Positions 34,897-44,583 are shown, counted from the stretch's first letter. The stretch: 48,549 bases of DNA from Calditrichota bacterium (GCA_003696445.1 RFHE01000010.1:1-48549), one strand, 5' to 3'. A program made the numbers and translations. Notes: generated by a model from the letters alone, not told the origin.

Positions 34897-35523
34897 TCAG
34901 GAAATCAGATAAAATAACGGAAACAGAAAAATCCAGATCACGTCCACCAAATGCCAGTAAAGTCCCCCGTTTTCCAGCTTGATGAAGTTGCCTGGATCGG
35001 TCGGGTTTTTCTGGATAAGCGTGTAAATCCAGCCCAGTACCAGCACGCCAACCAGCACATGTAGCCCATGCAGGCCGGTCATAACATAGTACAGACTGAA
35101 GAACAACTGCTCACCGGCCGAAGCCTTTAACAATTCCGGTGAATTTGGGTAGATGCCATGGTGAATTTTAGCACTCCATTCAAAATATTTATTTACCAGA
35201 AAGCCAAAGCCCATCACAATGGTCGCCAGCAAAAACAGTTTGGAGAGGTTTCTGCTTCCCCGCCGCAACGCTTCGATGGAAAGCGCCACAGTAAGACTGC
35301 TGGTCAAAAGCAAGGCGGTATTCAGCGTGCCTATGGGCATGTTTAGTTCCGCCGAGGAGAGAAAAAACTCATGCTGATGCTTGGCCCGGTAGGCTGCATA
35401 CAGAATAAACATGCCACCAAAGAGCAACAGCTCGGTAAACAAGAACAGCCACATGCCCATTTTGGCGCCAATCACGTCGGAATGTTTTTCCTCATGCACT
35501 GCCGTTTCTGCCACACTGCTCAT
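34897..35523 (-). CDS. ctaE: Cytochrome c oxidase subunit III
   Basis: 208 aa polytopic protein carrying MWLFLFTELLLFGG and YWHLVDVIW. Confidence 0.88.
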   Translation of the reverse strand: MSSVAETAVHEEKHSDVIGAKMGMWLFLFTELLLFGGMFILYAAYRAKHQHEFFLSSAELNMPIGTLNTALLLTSSLTVALSIEALRRGSRNLSKLFLLATIVMGFGFLVNKYFEWSAKIHHGIYPNSPELLKASAGEQLFFSLYYVMTGLHGLHVLVGVLVLGWIYTLIQKNPTDPGNFIKLENGGLYWHLVDVIWIFLFPLFYLIS

Positions 35524-35537
35524 TCTTCTGCCTCCGT

Positions 35538-37154
35538 TTAATGGTCATACGGTCCGCGATCCACGACCGGAATTTCTTCAAAATTCTCATGGGGCGGTGG
35601 GGAAGGCACCTGCCATTCTAGGGTGGTCCCTTGCCAGGGATTCGCTTCGGCCTTGGGACCGCTCTTCAACGCTCGGACCAGATTGATAATCATAATCAGG
35701 AGACCCAGCACAAGAATCCAGGAGCCCACCGTGGCAACCACATGGCCGCTGTGATACTGAGGCAAATGGTCGTAGTAACGCCGGGGCATGCCTTCGAAAC
35801 CCAGAATCAGCATGGTAAAATACAGCATATTGAAGCCAATAAAAATCAGGGCCCAGGCCAGTGTGGCCACTCTCTTATTGTACATGCGGCCAAACATTTT
35901 CGGGAACCAGTAATGCATGCCGGCAATGAATGCCATCATGGTGCCGCCAAACATAACGTAATGAAAATGACCCACCACAAAATAGGTGTCGTGAAGATGC
36001 ACATCGACCGACAGCACACCCAGCATCACACCGGTAAATCCACCAATCATGAACAGAAAAATAAAGCTTAAAGCATAAAGCAGTGGGGGTTCCAGATGAA
36101 TCGACCCCTTATAAAGGGTCGCAACCCAGTTAAATACTTTAATGGCTGTGGGAATCGCAACCAAAAAAGTCAGCAAGGAGAAGACAACGCTGGCAGTGTA
36201 ACTTTGCCCGCTGACGAACATGTGATGCCCCCAGACCAGCGACCCAGCCAGAGCAATGCCCAGACTTGAGGCAGCGATGGCCTTGTACCCGAAAATAGTG
36301 CGGCGGGCAAAGGTTGGGATAATTTCTGTGACCACCCCCATCCCAGGTAAAATCATGATGTAAACCGCTGGATGAGAATATATCCAGAACAAATGCTGGT
36401 AAAGGATTGGATCGCCCCCTTTCGCCGGATCGAAAATGCCCACACCGGTTAGGCGCTCAAAGAAGATCAATAACATGGTAATTCCTACCACCGGAGTGGC
36501 CAGGATCTGAATCCAAGAAGTGGCATACAGCGCCCAAACGAACAATGGCAGGCGGAACCAGGTCATCCCCGGAGCCCGAAGCCGATGCACAGTGGTGATA
36601 AAATTCAACCCGGTTAAAATGGACGAAAAACCCAAAATAAACACAGCAAACACAGCCAGAGGCACATTGGTGGTTGTCCGGATGTTGTACGGTGCATAAA
36701 ACGTCCATCCGGTATCCGGGAAGCCCCCCTTGGTGAAAAGGGAGACCAGAGCCAGAACCGCACCAGTCATATACAACCACCAGGAAAATAAATTAAGCCT
36801 GGGGAAAGCAACATCTTTGGCGCCTACCTGAATGGGTAGAAAAAAGTTACCCAATACAGCTGGAATGGCTGGAATCACAATCAAGAAAATCATTATTACC
36901 CCGTGCAGGGTAAACAGGGTGTTGTAGGTGCGTGCACTCACCACAGTTTCGCCCATGGTGAGCTGTTCCAGGCGAAGCATTAACCCCAGGAAGATACCCA
37001 CCACAAAAAACAGGGTCACCCCAGATAAGTAGAGCAAACCAATACGCTTATGATCGGTAGAAAAAATCCACCCCAAAATACCGGAATACTTACCCTTGTA
37101 ATCAAGGTAGTTTATCTCCCCATGTCCGGTATGCGTTAATGCATGACTTGCCAT
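35538..37154 (-). CDS. ctaD: Cytochrome c oxidase subunit I, A2-type heme-copper oxidase
   Basis: Canonical His ligands are present. Helix VI reads WIYSHPAVY (36360-36380), the Tyr-Ser motif that replaces the GHPEVY glutamate. Confidence 0.95.
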   Translation of the reverse strand: MASHALTHTGHGEINYLDYKGKYSGILGWIFSTDHKRIGLLYLSGVTLFFVVGIFLGLMLRLEQLTMGETVVSARTYNTLFTLHGVIMIFLIVIPAIPAVLGNFFLPIQVGAKDVAFPRLNLFSWWLYMTGAVLALVSLFTKGGFPDTGWTFYAPYNIRTTTNVPLAVFAVFILGFSSILTGLNFITTVHRLRAPGMTWFRLPLFVWALYATSWIQILATPVVGITMLLIFFERLTGVGIFDPAKGGDPILYQHLFWIYSHPAVYIMILPGMGVVTEIIPTFARRTIFGYKAIAASSLGIALAGSLVWGHHMFVSGQSYTASVVFSLLTFLVAIPTAIKVFNWVATLYKGSIHLEPPLLYALSFIFLFMIGGFTGVMLGVLSVDVHLHDTYFVVGHFHYVMFGGTMMAFIAGMHYWFPKMFGRMYNKRVATLAWALIFIGFNMLYFTMLILGFEGMPRRYYDHLPQYHSGHVVATVGSWILVLGLLIMIINLVRALKSGPKAEANPWQGTTLEWQVPSPPPHENFEEIPVVDRGPYDH

Positions 37155-37169
37155 TGTAATACCCTCGTC

Positions 37170-37955
37170 TTAACCGGTTTTACGACTTAAATAAGCAATC
37201 AACGCTACAAATCCTAAAGAAGATATCAGAATACCCATCCCAACTACACGGAGCAAATTAAACACGTATTTTCGTCCCTGGGGATCGTAACTGAAACAAA
37301 ACCTTAACACCCTGGCTACCGAGGGTCCAATTTTGCCTTTGGAAGACTCCAGGATAGCCATCTTTAAATCGAAAGGCAGGAATTCGGTACCATAAATGTA
37401 ACGGCAAATTTTTCCGTCCGGAGAAAGCGCTACGATGGCCGCCGGGTGCGCAATGTCCTTCCCTTTTTTGTTGAATAAAAAACCGACCGCACGGGTTAAG
37501 CGCGCGATATTCAGGCTATCGCCGGTCAAGAAGGGCCACTGCTCCGGCGGGTAATCGGGCAGGCTGTGGAGATAATTGCGCTTCTTCTCCCGGGCCAGCT
37601 CAGGACCTTCTGTATGGTCTATGCTCACGGTGATGACCTGGTAGTCCACCCCCGGCTGTAGGTCCAGTCCACGGACCGCCTCGATCAGGCTGCTCAGCAG
37701 CGGAGAGCAAATGCCAGGACATTTAAAATAGCCCAGGTTCAAAATGGTCGGCTTATCCAGCAAATCCCCCAAACGGATCAACCGGCCTTGTTCATCTCGC
37801 AATTGAATGTCCCCGGGAACAAACGCACCAAGCTTTTCTTCAACCCCTGGAGTCACACCTTGCGGATTTTGCGTCTCGGCTCCCAGGGACATTACGAACC
37901 CAGCCAGCAGGACAAAGAGAAGTATTGCCCATTTAACTTGCTTCCACCCTTTCAT
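37170..37955 (-). CDS. sco: SCO1/SenC copper chaperone (thioredoxin fold)
   Basis: Signal/anchor sequence, CPGICSPL (CxxxC) and a downstream His (AHPAAIV). It is the first gene of the cox cluster. Confidence 0.85.
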   Translation of the reverse strand: MKGWKQVKWAILLFVLLAGFVMSLGAETQNPQGVTPGVEEKLGAFVPGDIQLRDEQGRLIRLGDLLDKPTILNLGYFKCPGICSPLLSSLIEAVRGLDLQPGVDYQVITVSIDHTEGPELAREKKRNYLHSLPDYPPEQWPFLTGDSLNIARLTRAVGFLFNKKGKDIAHPAAIVALSPDGKICRYIYGTEFLPFDLKMAILESSKGKIGPSVARVLRFCFSYDPQGRKYVFNLLRVVGMGILISSLGFVALIAYLSRKTG

Positions 37956-38083
37956 TGATCTAACCCCAGAACAGCGTTAAAACTAAAACCATTTTTAGTT
38001 TAAGAATGATTCTCATTTCACCGGCTCAAACAGGTGCCTAAAATAGTAACTTGAGAAAATATTTACAAGGCCAATAAAAAAAC

Positions 38084-38521
38084 TTAAGGCCTAAAATTCG
38101 CCCCCTTTCGGGCCAACATTTTCAGCTTCAGTCGTAGAAAAAAGTTCTGGCAGCGCGCACCGGCCAGGTAAAGCCAAGTGCCTAACCAAACCCCAAGTGC
38201 GTCGGCCAGTGCATCGGCTACTTCTGGAGAACGACCCGGTACAAAGCGCTGATGAAATTCATCACTGATCCCGTACAGCACGCCAAGCAATAAGGACATT
38301 CCCCACAACAAACGGCGATTCAAGGCGAACTTTTCCTGATGGGCCAGGGCCCTGGCAATGAGGGCCCCCAGAATAGCGTAAACGAGGCCATGTTTTACTT
38401 TATCTTCAAAACTGAATCCTACTTCCAGAACTTGGATGTTGGACAAGGAAGATGCTACAAAAATGACCGCAGCCCACAGAACAGGTGGCAGATAGTAAAA
38501 CAAAAGGCGGCTCTTGCGCAT
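38084..38521 (-). CDS. VanZ-like family membrane protein
   Basis: 145 aa with 4 TM helices. Carries KVKHGLVYAILG and SDEFHQRFVPGRSPEVADALADALG. Confidence 0.75.
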   Translation of the reverse strand: MRKSRLLFYYLPPVLWAAVIFVASSLSNIQVLEVGFSFEDKVKHGLVYAILGALIARALAHQEKFALNRRLLWGMSLLLGVLYGISDEFHQRFVPGRSPEVADALADALGVWLGTWLYLAGARCQNFFLRLKLKMLARKGANFRP

Positions 38522-38590
38522 CGTCTCTCAGTTGCTTTGCGTCAGGTTTGTTGAAGGAGGGGAAACGATGATCCCTCCGCTACCTATCCC

Positions 38591-41500
38591 TCACCGAAAG
38601 GGTGTAAATCCCACCGACAGGGCCCAGCGCAGCTTCCAGGGATTGTTTCCTGCTGCCGGGCGACTGTACCAGAAAGGTAGGGTCAATTTTACATCACTCA
38701 TCCCCAGGTAACGCAAGGGAAAAGGAAGATCATCCCAGAAGAGAGTCAAACCCAGCTCTGCATCCCCGGAACGGCGGGTGATTTTTTTCCAATTCAACTG
38801 GGACCAGGCGGCATACACGGCGGTCTGGAGGGTGGGCAAAACCGGCCAGGAGGGTAACAATCTGGCCAGAGGATTGGCCAAATCCAGATCGATGCGCGCG
38901 GCCAATAAGCGACGGCCACCCTGGGCGGAAGGGGCGCCATCAATGGCTGCCGAGGCCACCTGGCCGCCTCCGGGCAGCCGGAAATGGCCATCGCGAACCC
39001 AGTCCACGGGGAGGGTACCCCGGCTGCGGGCAAAGGCATTGCTGAATTCCCTCACCGGCGCAGCCCCGGAAGGATAAAATAAATACTGCACGGGGGGCTT
39101 ACCCTCAATCTGGCCAACGGCCAGGCGTCCACGCAGGTTGGTTTGCGGACCAAGAGCAATCCTGGGCAGGAGAACCAATTCCCAGCGCTGAAAAGGATAG
39201 TCCCCACCCGGGGCTGCCACCTCAACCCGGAGCTGCCAGCGGGTAACCAGTTTACGGTAGGCGGTAACCGAACGGTGTCGGATCCATTCAAAGGCCAGAA
39301 TGCTCACCGTGCCTGGGCTCCAGGCCCGTGCAGGGTAACGGTTGTCGTAGAGCTGGCGCACCCGCCAGCCGAGCAGAAAGCGATGGTTGACCGGCTGGGT
39401 ACGGGTCCGGTAGCTCAATGCCAGCTCGCCCCCGGCTCGACCTTCCAGGCGATAGGCAAACAGGTAATAGCGCACTCTGGATGTGCCTATGGGCAACAGG
39501 CTGGACCAGCGAAATGATAGGCCGGGTTGGCCACTGCGGCTCCCCAACTGAGTTTCCAACCGGTGCCAATAAAGCGGGCCGACAAAATTGCCCACCGAGC
39601 GCAGCCCAATTACAAATCCGTCCACATCGTTAAAGAATAGTTGGGGAAACAGTGTGGCCGTGTAGCACCGCAAATCCGGCTCCACGTACTGCCTGTGCAG
39701 CCAAAACAACTTTAACGGAGGTATTCGGCGGTTGTCGTTATTAAATGGGTTAATGTCGGGTAATTTGCTTTGCGGGTCCAGCTGGATGCGGCGTACCGGT
39801 GCCGGAAGGTACAGCCTGGCTACGTAGCGGCGGTTGGCCGGGTGCCAGGAAGGCAAATCGCTGGAATCTGTTCGGGAGAGCCAGCCGGGGATTGGAATCC
39901 GGTAGCGGCGCTGTGAACCATCCCGGAGCTCAATGGCCACATCGACCGGCATCGCCAGGGGCTGCTTCCGCTCCAGCACCATCGTCAGGCGAAATTGCCT
40001 CCCGCCCTTCCGCTGGACCCAGCGGCCCACCGCCTTACGCAGCCGCACATCCAGGAGCCAAGTGGTTCGAAGCCACTGTTCCCAAAACCAGTTTAGATGC
40101 ATGCCGGTGGCCCGGTTGAAGGTTAAAAACAGATCTTCCGGGTAGGGATGCCGGAATCGCCAGCGCCGGTAATAGGTCCGAATGCCCCGCAAAAACAACG
40201 AATCGCCGATCAACCGCTTTAATGTAAACAAGCCTACCGCCATCTTATCGTAGGTGGGAATGTACGGATTGTGCTGAAAATAATCGAAGTGGGTGTCGAT
40301 GGGTTCTTCTCGGCCAGAAAGGGCGTATTCCAAGTAATTGAGGTAAGCTTCCCGCCGCGCGGTCTGGGTGTAGCCCAGCCAGCGCTGCCATCCGCTCTGG
40401 CGCGTTGGATTCAAATTGCCTTCCCTACCCCAAAGGTGTTCGGTGGCCCAGATCTCAAAGAAAGTGGTAAAGCCCTCGTCCATCCAGCCGTGGCGGGTCT
40501 GGTTGTTGGCCAAAAGCCCGTAAAACCACTGGTGTGCCATTTCGTGAATGATTGTAATAGCCAGCTCCCGGGGCGAAATGATGTAGCCATTAATCATGAC
40601 CAGATTGGGATACTCGATGCCGCCGGCGGTGATGAGAGCATCGACGATGGAGAGTTGCCGATAAGGATAGGCCCCGATCTTTTCTTGCAGAAAGGAAAAG
40701 CCCTCCACCACCCTCTGCAGGATGCTATTCCAGGTCTTCAATCGGTAGGGTTGGAGAAAAAACTGGAGGGTGGTCTGGCCAACCTGAATTTGTTTGAGCA
40801 CAAACTCCGGATCGGCACAGAAGGCGAAATCGTGAACCCGTTCAGCTACAAAACGATAGGTAACCGTTGTCGTATCCGGCTGTTGTTGCAGGTAGTACTG
40901 AATGGTTCGTCCCGGGTACTGGACCGAATCCGGTAACACCTCCGGGTTCATCAGGCGGCCGGTAGCAGCAACCACAAAGGGGCGGGGTACCGTAATTTCT
41001 ACCTCGTAGTCCCCCCACTCCTGGTAGAATTCGCCGTCCAGATGCTGGTCTATGTGCCAACCCCGAGCATCGTACACCGCCGGCACGGGATACCAATTCC
41101 CAATGTCGAAATGCTCCCCGGAATATCCGAAACGTTCCCCGGAGGGCGGAATCATACCGGTAAATTGCACTTGCAAGTAAAGGCTATCTCCGGGAGGCAG
41201 CGGCCGGGGCAGTGGCAGGCGCAAAATGGTATTGTCTATCGAGAAGTTCAGATCCCTGCCGGAGCTATCCTGGACTGAAAGCACTTCAATGTGACCCCGT
41301 TCCCGGCCGCTGAAGGGCCGGGCGTAAGAATGGGCACGAAACTTGTTCCAGTAAAGATGAAAATACAGCGTTTTCAGCGTGTCCGGGGACCGATTAAAGT
41401 AAGTGAGCGTTTCCCGCCCCTCCAGCCTCACCAGTTCCGGAAACAACCGCACAGAGATGGCATAATGCACCTGCTGCTGGAAATAACCCGGCGGGCTTTC

Positions 41501-41632
41501 TCCCCGAACCAGGACAACAAGGCTCAGCAAAAAGGATAGCAGGAAGTGAAATCCCGGATGGCTAAGATGTGCGGTCTTTGTTTTTTTTCTTCTCCAGAAG
41601 CGTTTGCGCATGTACCAGAATGGACTGTCCAT
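38591..41632 (-). CDS. M1-family zinc metallopeptidase with a C-terminal predicted outer-membrane beta-barrel domain
   Basis: Signal-like N-terminus. HEMAH-x18-E lies at 40475-40546, and GGIEYPN corresponds to the GxMEN region. The last ~370 aa consist of amphipathic alternating strands and end ...KLRWALSVGFTPFR. Confidence 0.85.
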   Translation of the reverse strand: MDSPFWYMRKRFWRRKKTKTAHLSHPGFHFLLSFLLSLVVLVRGESPPGYFQQQVHYAISVRLFPELVRLEGRETLTYFNRSPDTLKTLYFHLYWNKFRAHSYARPFSGRERGHIEVLSVQDSSGRDLNFSIDNTILRLPLPRPLPPGDSLYLQVQFTGMIPPSGERFGYSGEHFDIGNWYPVPAVYDARGWHIDQHLDGEFYQEWGDYEVEITVPRPFVVAATGRLMNPEVLPDSVQYPGRTIQYYLQQQPDTTTVTYRFVAERVHDFAFCADPEFVLKQIQVGQTTLQFFLQPYRLKTWNSILQRVVEGFSFLQEKIGAYPYRQLSIVDALITAGGIEYPNLVMINGYIISPRELAITIIHEMAHQWFYGLLANNQTRHGWMDEGFTTFFEIWATEHLWGREGNLNPTRQSGWQRWLGYTQTARREAYLNYLEYALSGREEPIDTHFDYFQHNPYIPTYDKMAVGLFTLKRLIGDSLFLRGIRTYYRRWRFRHPYPEDLFLTFNRATGMHLNWFWEQWLRTTWLLDVRLRKAVGRWVQRKGGRQFRLTMVLERKQPLAMPVDVAIELRDGSQRRYRIPIPGWLSRTDSSDLPSWHPANRRYVARLYLPAPVRRIQLDPQSKLPDINPFNNDNRRIPPLKLFWLHRQYVEPDLRCYTATLFPQLFFNDVDGFVIGLRSVGNFVGPLYWHRLETQLGSRSGQPGLSFRWSSLLPIGTSRVRYYLFAYRLEGRAGGELALSYRTRTQPVNHRFLLGWRVRQLYDNRYPARAWSPGTVSILAFEWIRHRSVTAYRKLVTRWQLRVEVAAPGGDYPFQRWELVLLPRIALGPQTNLRGRLAVGQIEGKPPVQYLFYPSGAAPVREFSNAFARSRGTLPVDWVRDGHFRLPGGGQVASAAIDGAPSAQGGRRLLAARIDLDLANPLARLLPSWPVLPTLQTAVYAAWSQLNWKKITRRSGDAELGLTLFWDDLPFPLRYLGMSDVKLTLPFWYSRPAAGNNPWKLRWALSVGFTPFR

Positions 41633-42764
41633 ACCTTTCCTGCAACTGGTCGATCAACTGCTCCAGAGTTAGTTTCCGTTGGTTCTCCACATCCCAGAGG
41701 CTCAACTGGCCGCCCTTCTCAGGAACCAGGTGAGTCAGGCCAACGCCCAGCAGCCGTACTGGTTGAGAGGCTTCCCGAAATTCCCCCAACAGGGACACAC
41801 AAACCCGATAAATATCTTCGGTCAGATTGGTTGGAGAGGATAGGGTTTTGTTCCGATTAAACGTGGAAAAATCGGCAAAACGAATTTTCAGTTGTACGGT
41901 TTTTCCTCTTAGCTGGTGCTTACGCAATCGAGAAGCTACCTTTTCACACAGTTTCAGGAGGGTGGCTTCCAAAATTTCCGCATCCGCTTGATCTTTCTCG
42001 AAGGTGTGCTCGTGGCTGATGGACTTTATTTCTTCTTCCATCTGTACGGGACGCTCGTCCATTCCCCTGGCCAGTTGCCAGAGCACATCGCCCCACTTTC
42101 CAAATTTTTGCCTGAGCACAGCCGCCGGATAGTCACGTAACTGGCCAATGGTCTGGATCCCCAGGTCCCGAAGCCGTTGTCTGGTCTTCTCTCCCACGCC
42201 CCACAGGCGCTCCACCGGCAGCGGATCGAGAAAGGTTTGCACCTCCTGCGGACCTACGATCAGCAACCCGTCGGGCTTGCCGGCATCGGAGGCGATTTTA
42301 GCCACACTTTTGCTGGGGGCAATGCCCAGGGAAGCGGTGAGCCCGGTGGCCTGGCGGATGCGCTGTTTGATTGCCTGGCCTAACTGGAGAAGGCTACCAA
42401 ACAGGTGCACGCTGCCGGTTACATCCAGAAAGGCCTCGTCGATGCTGATGGGTTGCACTAATGGAGAAAACTCGGCCAACACCCTCATGATTGTCCGGGA
42501 ATAATCGGCATAAAGAGCACCATTGGGCCTTACGTAGATGGCTTCGGGGCACCGTTTGTAGGCCTGGGAAATGGGCATGGCCGAGCGGACCCCGAGCCGC
42601 CGCGCCTCGTAGGATGCCGCTGCAACCACGCCCCTGCCCTTCCCTCCCCGTGGGTCGGCACCGACAATTACCGGCTTCCCCCGCCACTCCGGATGGCACA
42701 ACTGCTCCACCGAGGCGAAAAAAGCATCCATGTCCACATGGACGATGACTCGTGGCCAACTCAT
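41562..42764 (-). CDS. dinB: DNA polymerase IV (Y-family)
   Basis: Carries IVHVDMDAFFASVE, SIDEAFLDVTG and the little-finger region. Length is 400 aa. Confidence 0.93.
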   Translation of the reverse strand: MSWPRVIVHVDMDAFFASVEQLCHPEWRGKPVIVGADPRGGKGRGVVAAASYEARRLGVRSAMPISQAYKRCPEAIYVRPNGALYADYSRTIMRVLAEFSPLVQPISIDEAFLDVTGSVHLFGSLLQLGQAIKQRIRQATGLTASLGIAPSKSVAKIASDAGKPDGLLIVGPQEVQTFLDPLPVERLWGVGEKTRQRLRDLGIQTIGQLRDYPAAVLRQKFGKWGDVLWQLARGMDERPVQMEEEIKSISHEHTFEKDQADAEILEATLLKLCEKVASRLRKHQLRGKTVQLKIRFADFSTFNRNKTLSSPTNLTEDIYRVCVSLLGEFREASQPVRLLGVGLTHLVPEKGGQLSLWDVENQRKLTLEQLIDQLQERYGQSILVHAQTLLEKKKNKDRTS

Positions 42765-42770
42765 GGGAGC

Positions 42771-43541
42771 TTAGCTGCCGACAAAAAAGATAATGATGGC
42801 AATAAAAATCAGGGCCACCCCTACATTTCGGCGAAAACTTTTCTGCCGCTGTTTTTTGTAGGCCAGCGTCTCCAGGTTCACTTCGTGCAATTTGCCTGCT
42901 GGAACCGTAAGCGTGCCCCAGATCTTCACATGGGCAAAGTGCTGCCTCTGGGCGCTGAGGGGATAATCAAACTCGGTGTCGAAACGTCCTGTAACCGTTT
43001 TGGCTTTTTCGCCCGGCACCAGTTCAAAATGCCCGCGGAAATTACGGGCCAAGGGTTTAAAACTCAGCAACTGCCCATTGGCACTAAAGTAAACCGTCGC
43101 TGTACTGTCCTGGATGTCCAGAGGGGCCACCAGGGTATCCCCCAGGTCGTAGTACACATCAAAAAAGCCACCGCCTTTCTTCCCGGCCGGTCGGCGCAGC
43201 ATCATGCGCAGTACGTAGTGCGTACCCCTGTACAGCTGAGGATAAAAGTACACCGTAAACCCGCCATCGTTCTGTAAAATGGCGGTGGTATCGAACCGAA
43301 TCGCGACCTCCTTGTAAAGCACGGCTTCGTCCACCGAAAACGTTTCCGGTGCAGCCTGATTGAATTGGAGAAAGACCTTGCCAAAATCTTCCTCTGCCCG
43401 GTCGGTCTTTTGTTCTTCAGGATTCTGGGCCAGAAGCCAGAGGGGGAAACAAATGGCCAGCAAGAGCCAGCCGCGAAAAGCGGGCCGGGTAAAGCGCTTA
43501 CTTTGCAATGCGGGATCGGAGTTCATTAACACGCCTTTCAA
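42771..43541 (-). CDS. Hypothetical exported protein with a C-terminal TM anchor
   Basis: N-terminal hydrophobic segment GWLLLAICFPLWLLAQ, a beta-rich body and the C-terminal VGVALIFIAIIIFFV. I recognise no motif. It ends 6 nt before the dinB start. Confidence 0.5.
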   Translation of the reverse strand: MKGVLMNSDPALQSKRFTRPAFRGWLLLAICFPLWLLAQNPEEQKTDRAEEDFGKVFLQFNQAAPETFSVDEAVLYKEVAIRFDTTAILQNDGGFTVYFYPQLYRGTHYVLRMMLRRPAGKKGGGFFDVYYDLGDTLVAPLDIQDSTATVYFSANGQLLSFKPLARNFRGHFELVPGEKAKTVTGRFDTEFDYPLSAQRQHFAHVKIWGTLTVPAGKLHEVNLETLAYKKQRQKSFRRNVGVALIFIAIIIFFVGS

Positions 43542-44583
43542 TTTCGGGATCGAGTTTCAATGTATGTTCCAGATAAGCCTGATATTGGTTCAGCGCTTCC
43601 TCAACTTCGCCCTGTGCTTCTAGTACCTGGCCAAGCAATCGTCTGGCTGTCCAGAAATCAGGTCTTTTTGCCAATAACTGTTCCAGGACCTGCCGACTTG
43701 CTTTCAGTTGCTGAGTTAGAAAATGGTATCGGGCCTGTTCCAGTAACAACGCCGGATGATCCGGGTAAGCCTGCAACGCCAGATCCAGTTGAGTTTTGGC
43801 CGCCACCCATTTTTGTGTTTCCAGAAAAAAGCGAATGCGAGCCAGTAAAATGTCCACATCCAGGGGCAGTTGCTGCAGCGCTCGGTTTAAGTAAGAGATT
43901 CCCTCGTTGCTTTTGCCCAAGCGCACCAGCGCCAAACCAAGGTATTTCATGGCCTGAGGGTTTGACGCGTCCATTTGCAAATAACGCCGAAGTGCCTCTA
44001 CCGCCTTAGCATCCCGCCCTAAACCGTAATAGGATCGTCCCAACCAGTAAAAAACCGGCGGCTCAGGCTCAACGGCCCTCTCAAGATACTGTTTTAAAAA
44101 GTCCAGAGCCAGTGCGTATTTTTCGCTTCCCACACTGGCTTGCCCTAGAAGCAGTAAATAGTGTAGTGAATCGGGAAATGCATTAACGGTCTTTTCCAGA
44201 AAAAAAGCAGCTTCGGGATAGGCCTGTTGTGCCAATAATAACCTCCCCAGCCTTTTCCACACAGCTGGAAAATGGCTTTTCAACCGGACACATTGCCGGT
44301 AGGCCACGATGGCCGAATCGGGTTGATGCAGCCATTCAAATAGTTTTGCCTTGACAAAGTAAAAATTCACATAACCCGGCTTCAGCGCAATGGCGGAATC
44401 CACCAGTGCTAAGGCGGTGTCGAATTGCTCTTTTTCGATAGCTTCCAGTGCGCGATAGTAGTAACCAAAAGCGGGTGATTGGGGTCTTTCTACCGGCGCA
44501 GGCGGGGGCTTGGGATAACATCCGCCTAGGCCAAGCATCATTCCAGAAAGCAATATCAGGTTGGCCCATCTAATCGGCTTCAT
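43498..44583 (-). CDS. TPR-repeat lipoprotein
   Basis: Lipobox LGLGGC follows MKPIRWANLILLSGMM, then several 34-aa TPR-like repeats. The start is placed at the second ATG (44583). Confidence 0.7.
   Translation of the reverse strand: MKPIRWANLILLSGMMLGLGGCYPKPPPAPVERPQSPAFGYYYRALEAIEKEQFDTALALVDSAIALKPGYVNFYFVKAKLFEWLHQPDSAIVAYRQCVRLKSHFPAVWKRLGRLLLAQQAYPEAAFFLEKTVNAFPDSLHYLLLLGQASVGSEKYALALDFLKQYLERAVEPEPPVFYWLGRSYYGLGRDAKAVEALRRYLQMDASNPQAMKYLGLALVRLGKSNEGISYLNRALQQLPLDVDILLARIRFFLETQKWVAAKTQLDLALQAYPDHPALLLEQARYHFLTQQLKASRQVLEQLLAKRPDFWTARRLLGQVLEAQGEVEEALNQYQAYLEHTLKLDPEIERRVNELRSRIAK

Noticed and set aside
37979-38000. AT-only 9-bp hairpin (AAACTAAAA-CCAT-TTTTAGTTT) between the VanZ-like gene and sco
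   Set aside because: The stem is too weak (no G:C pairs) to call a terminator. It might be part of the cox promoter region, but nothing further supports it.
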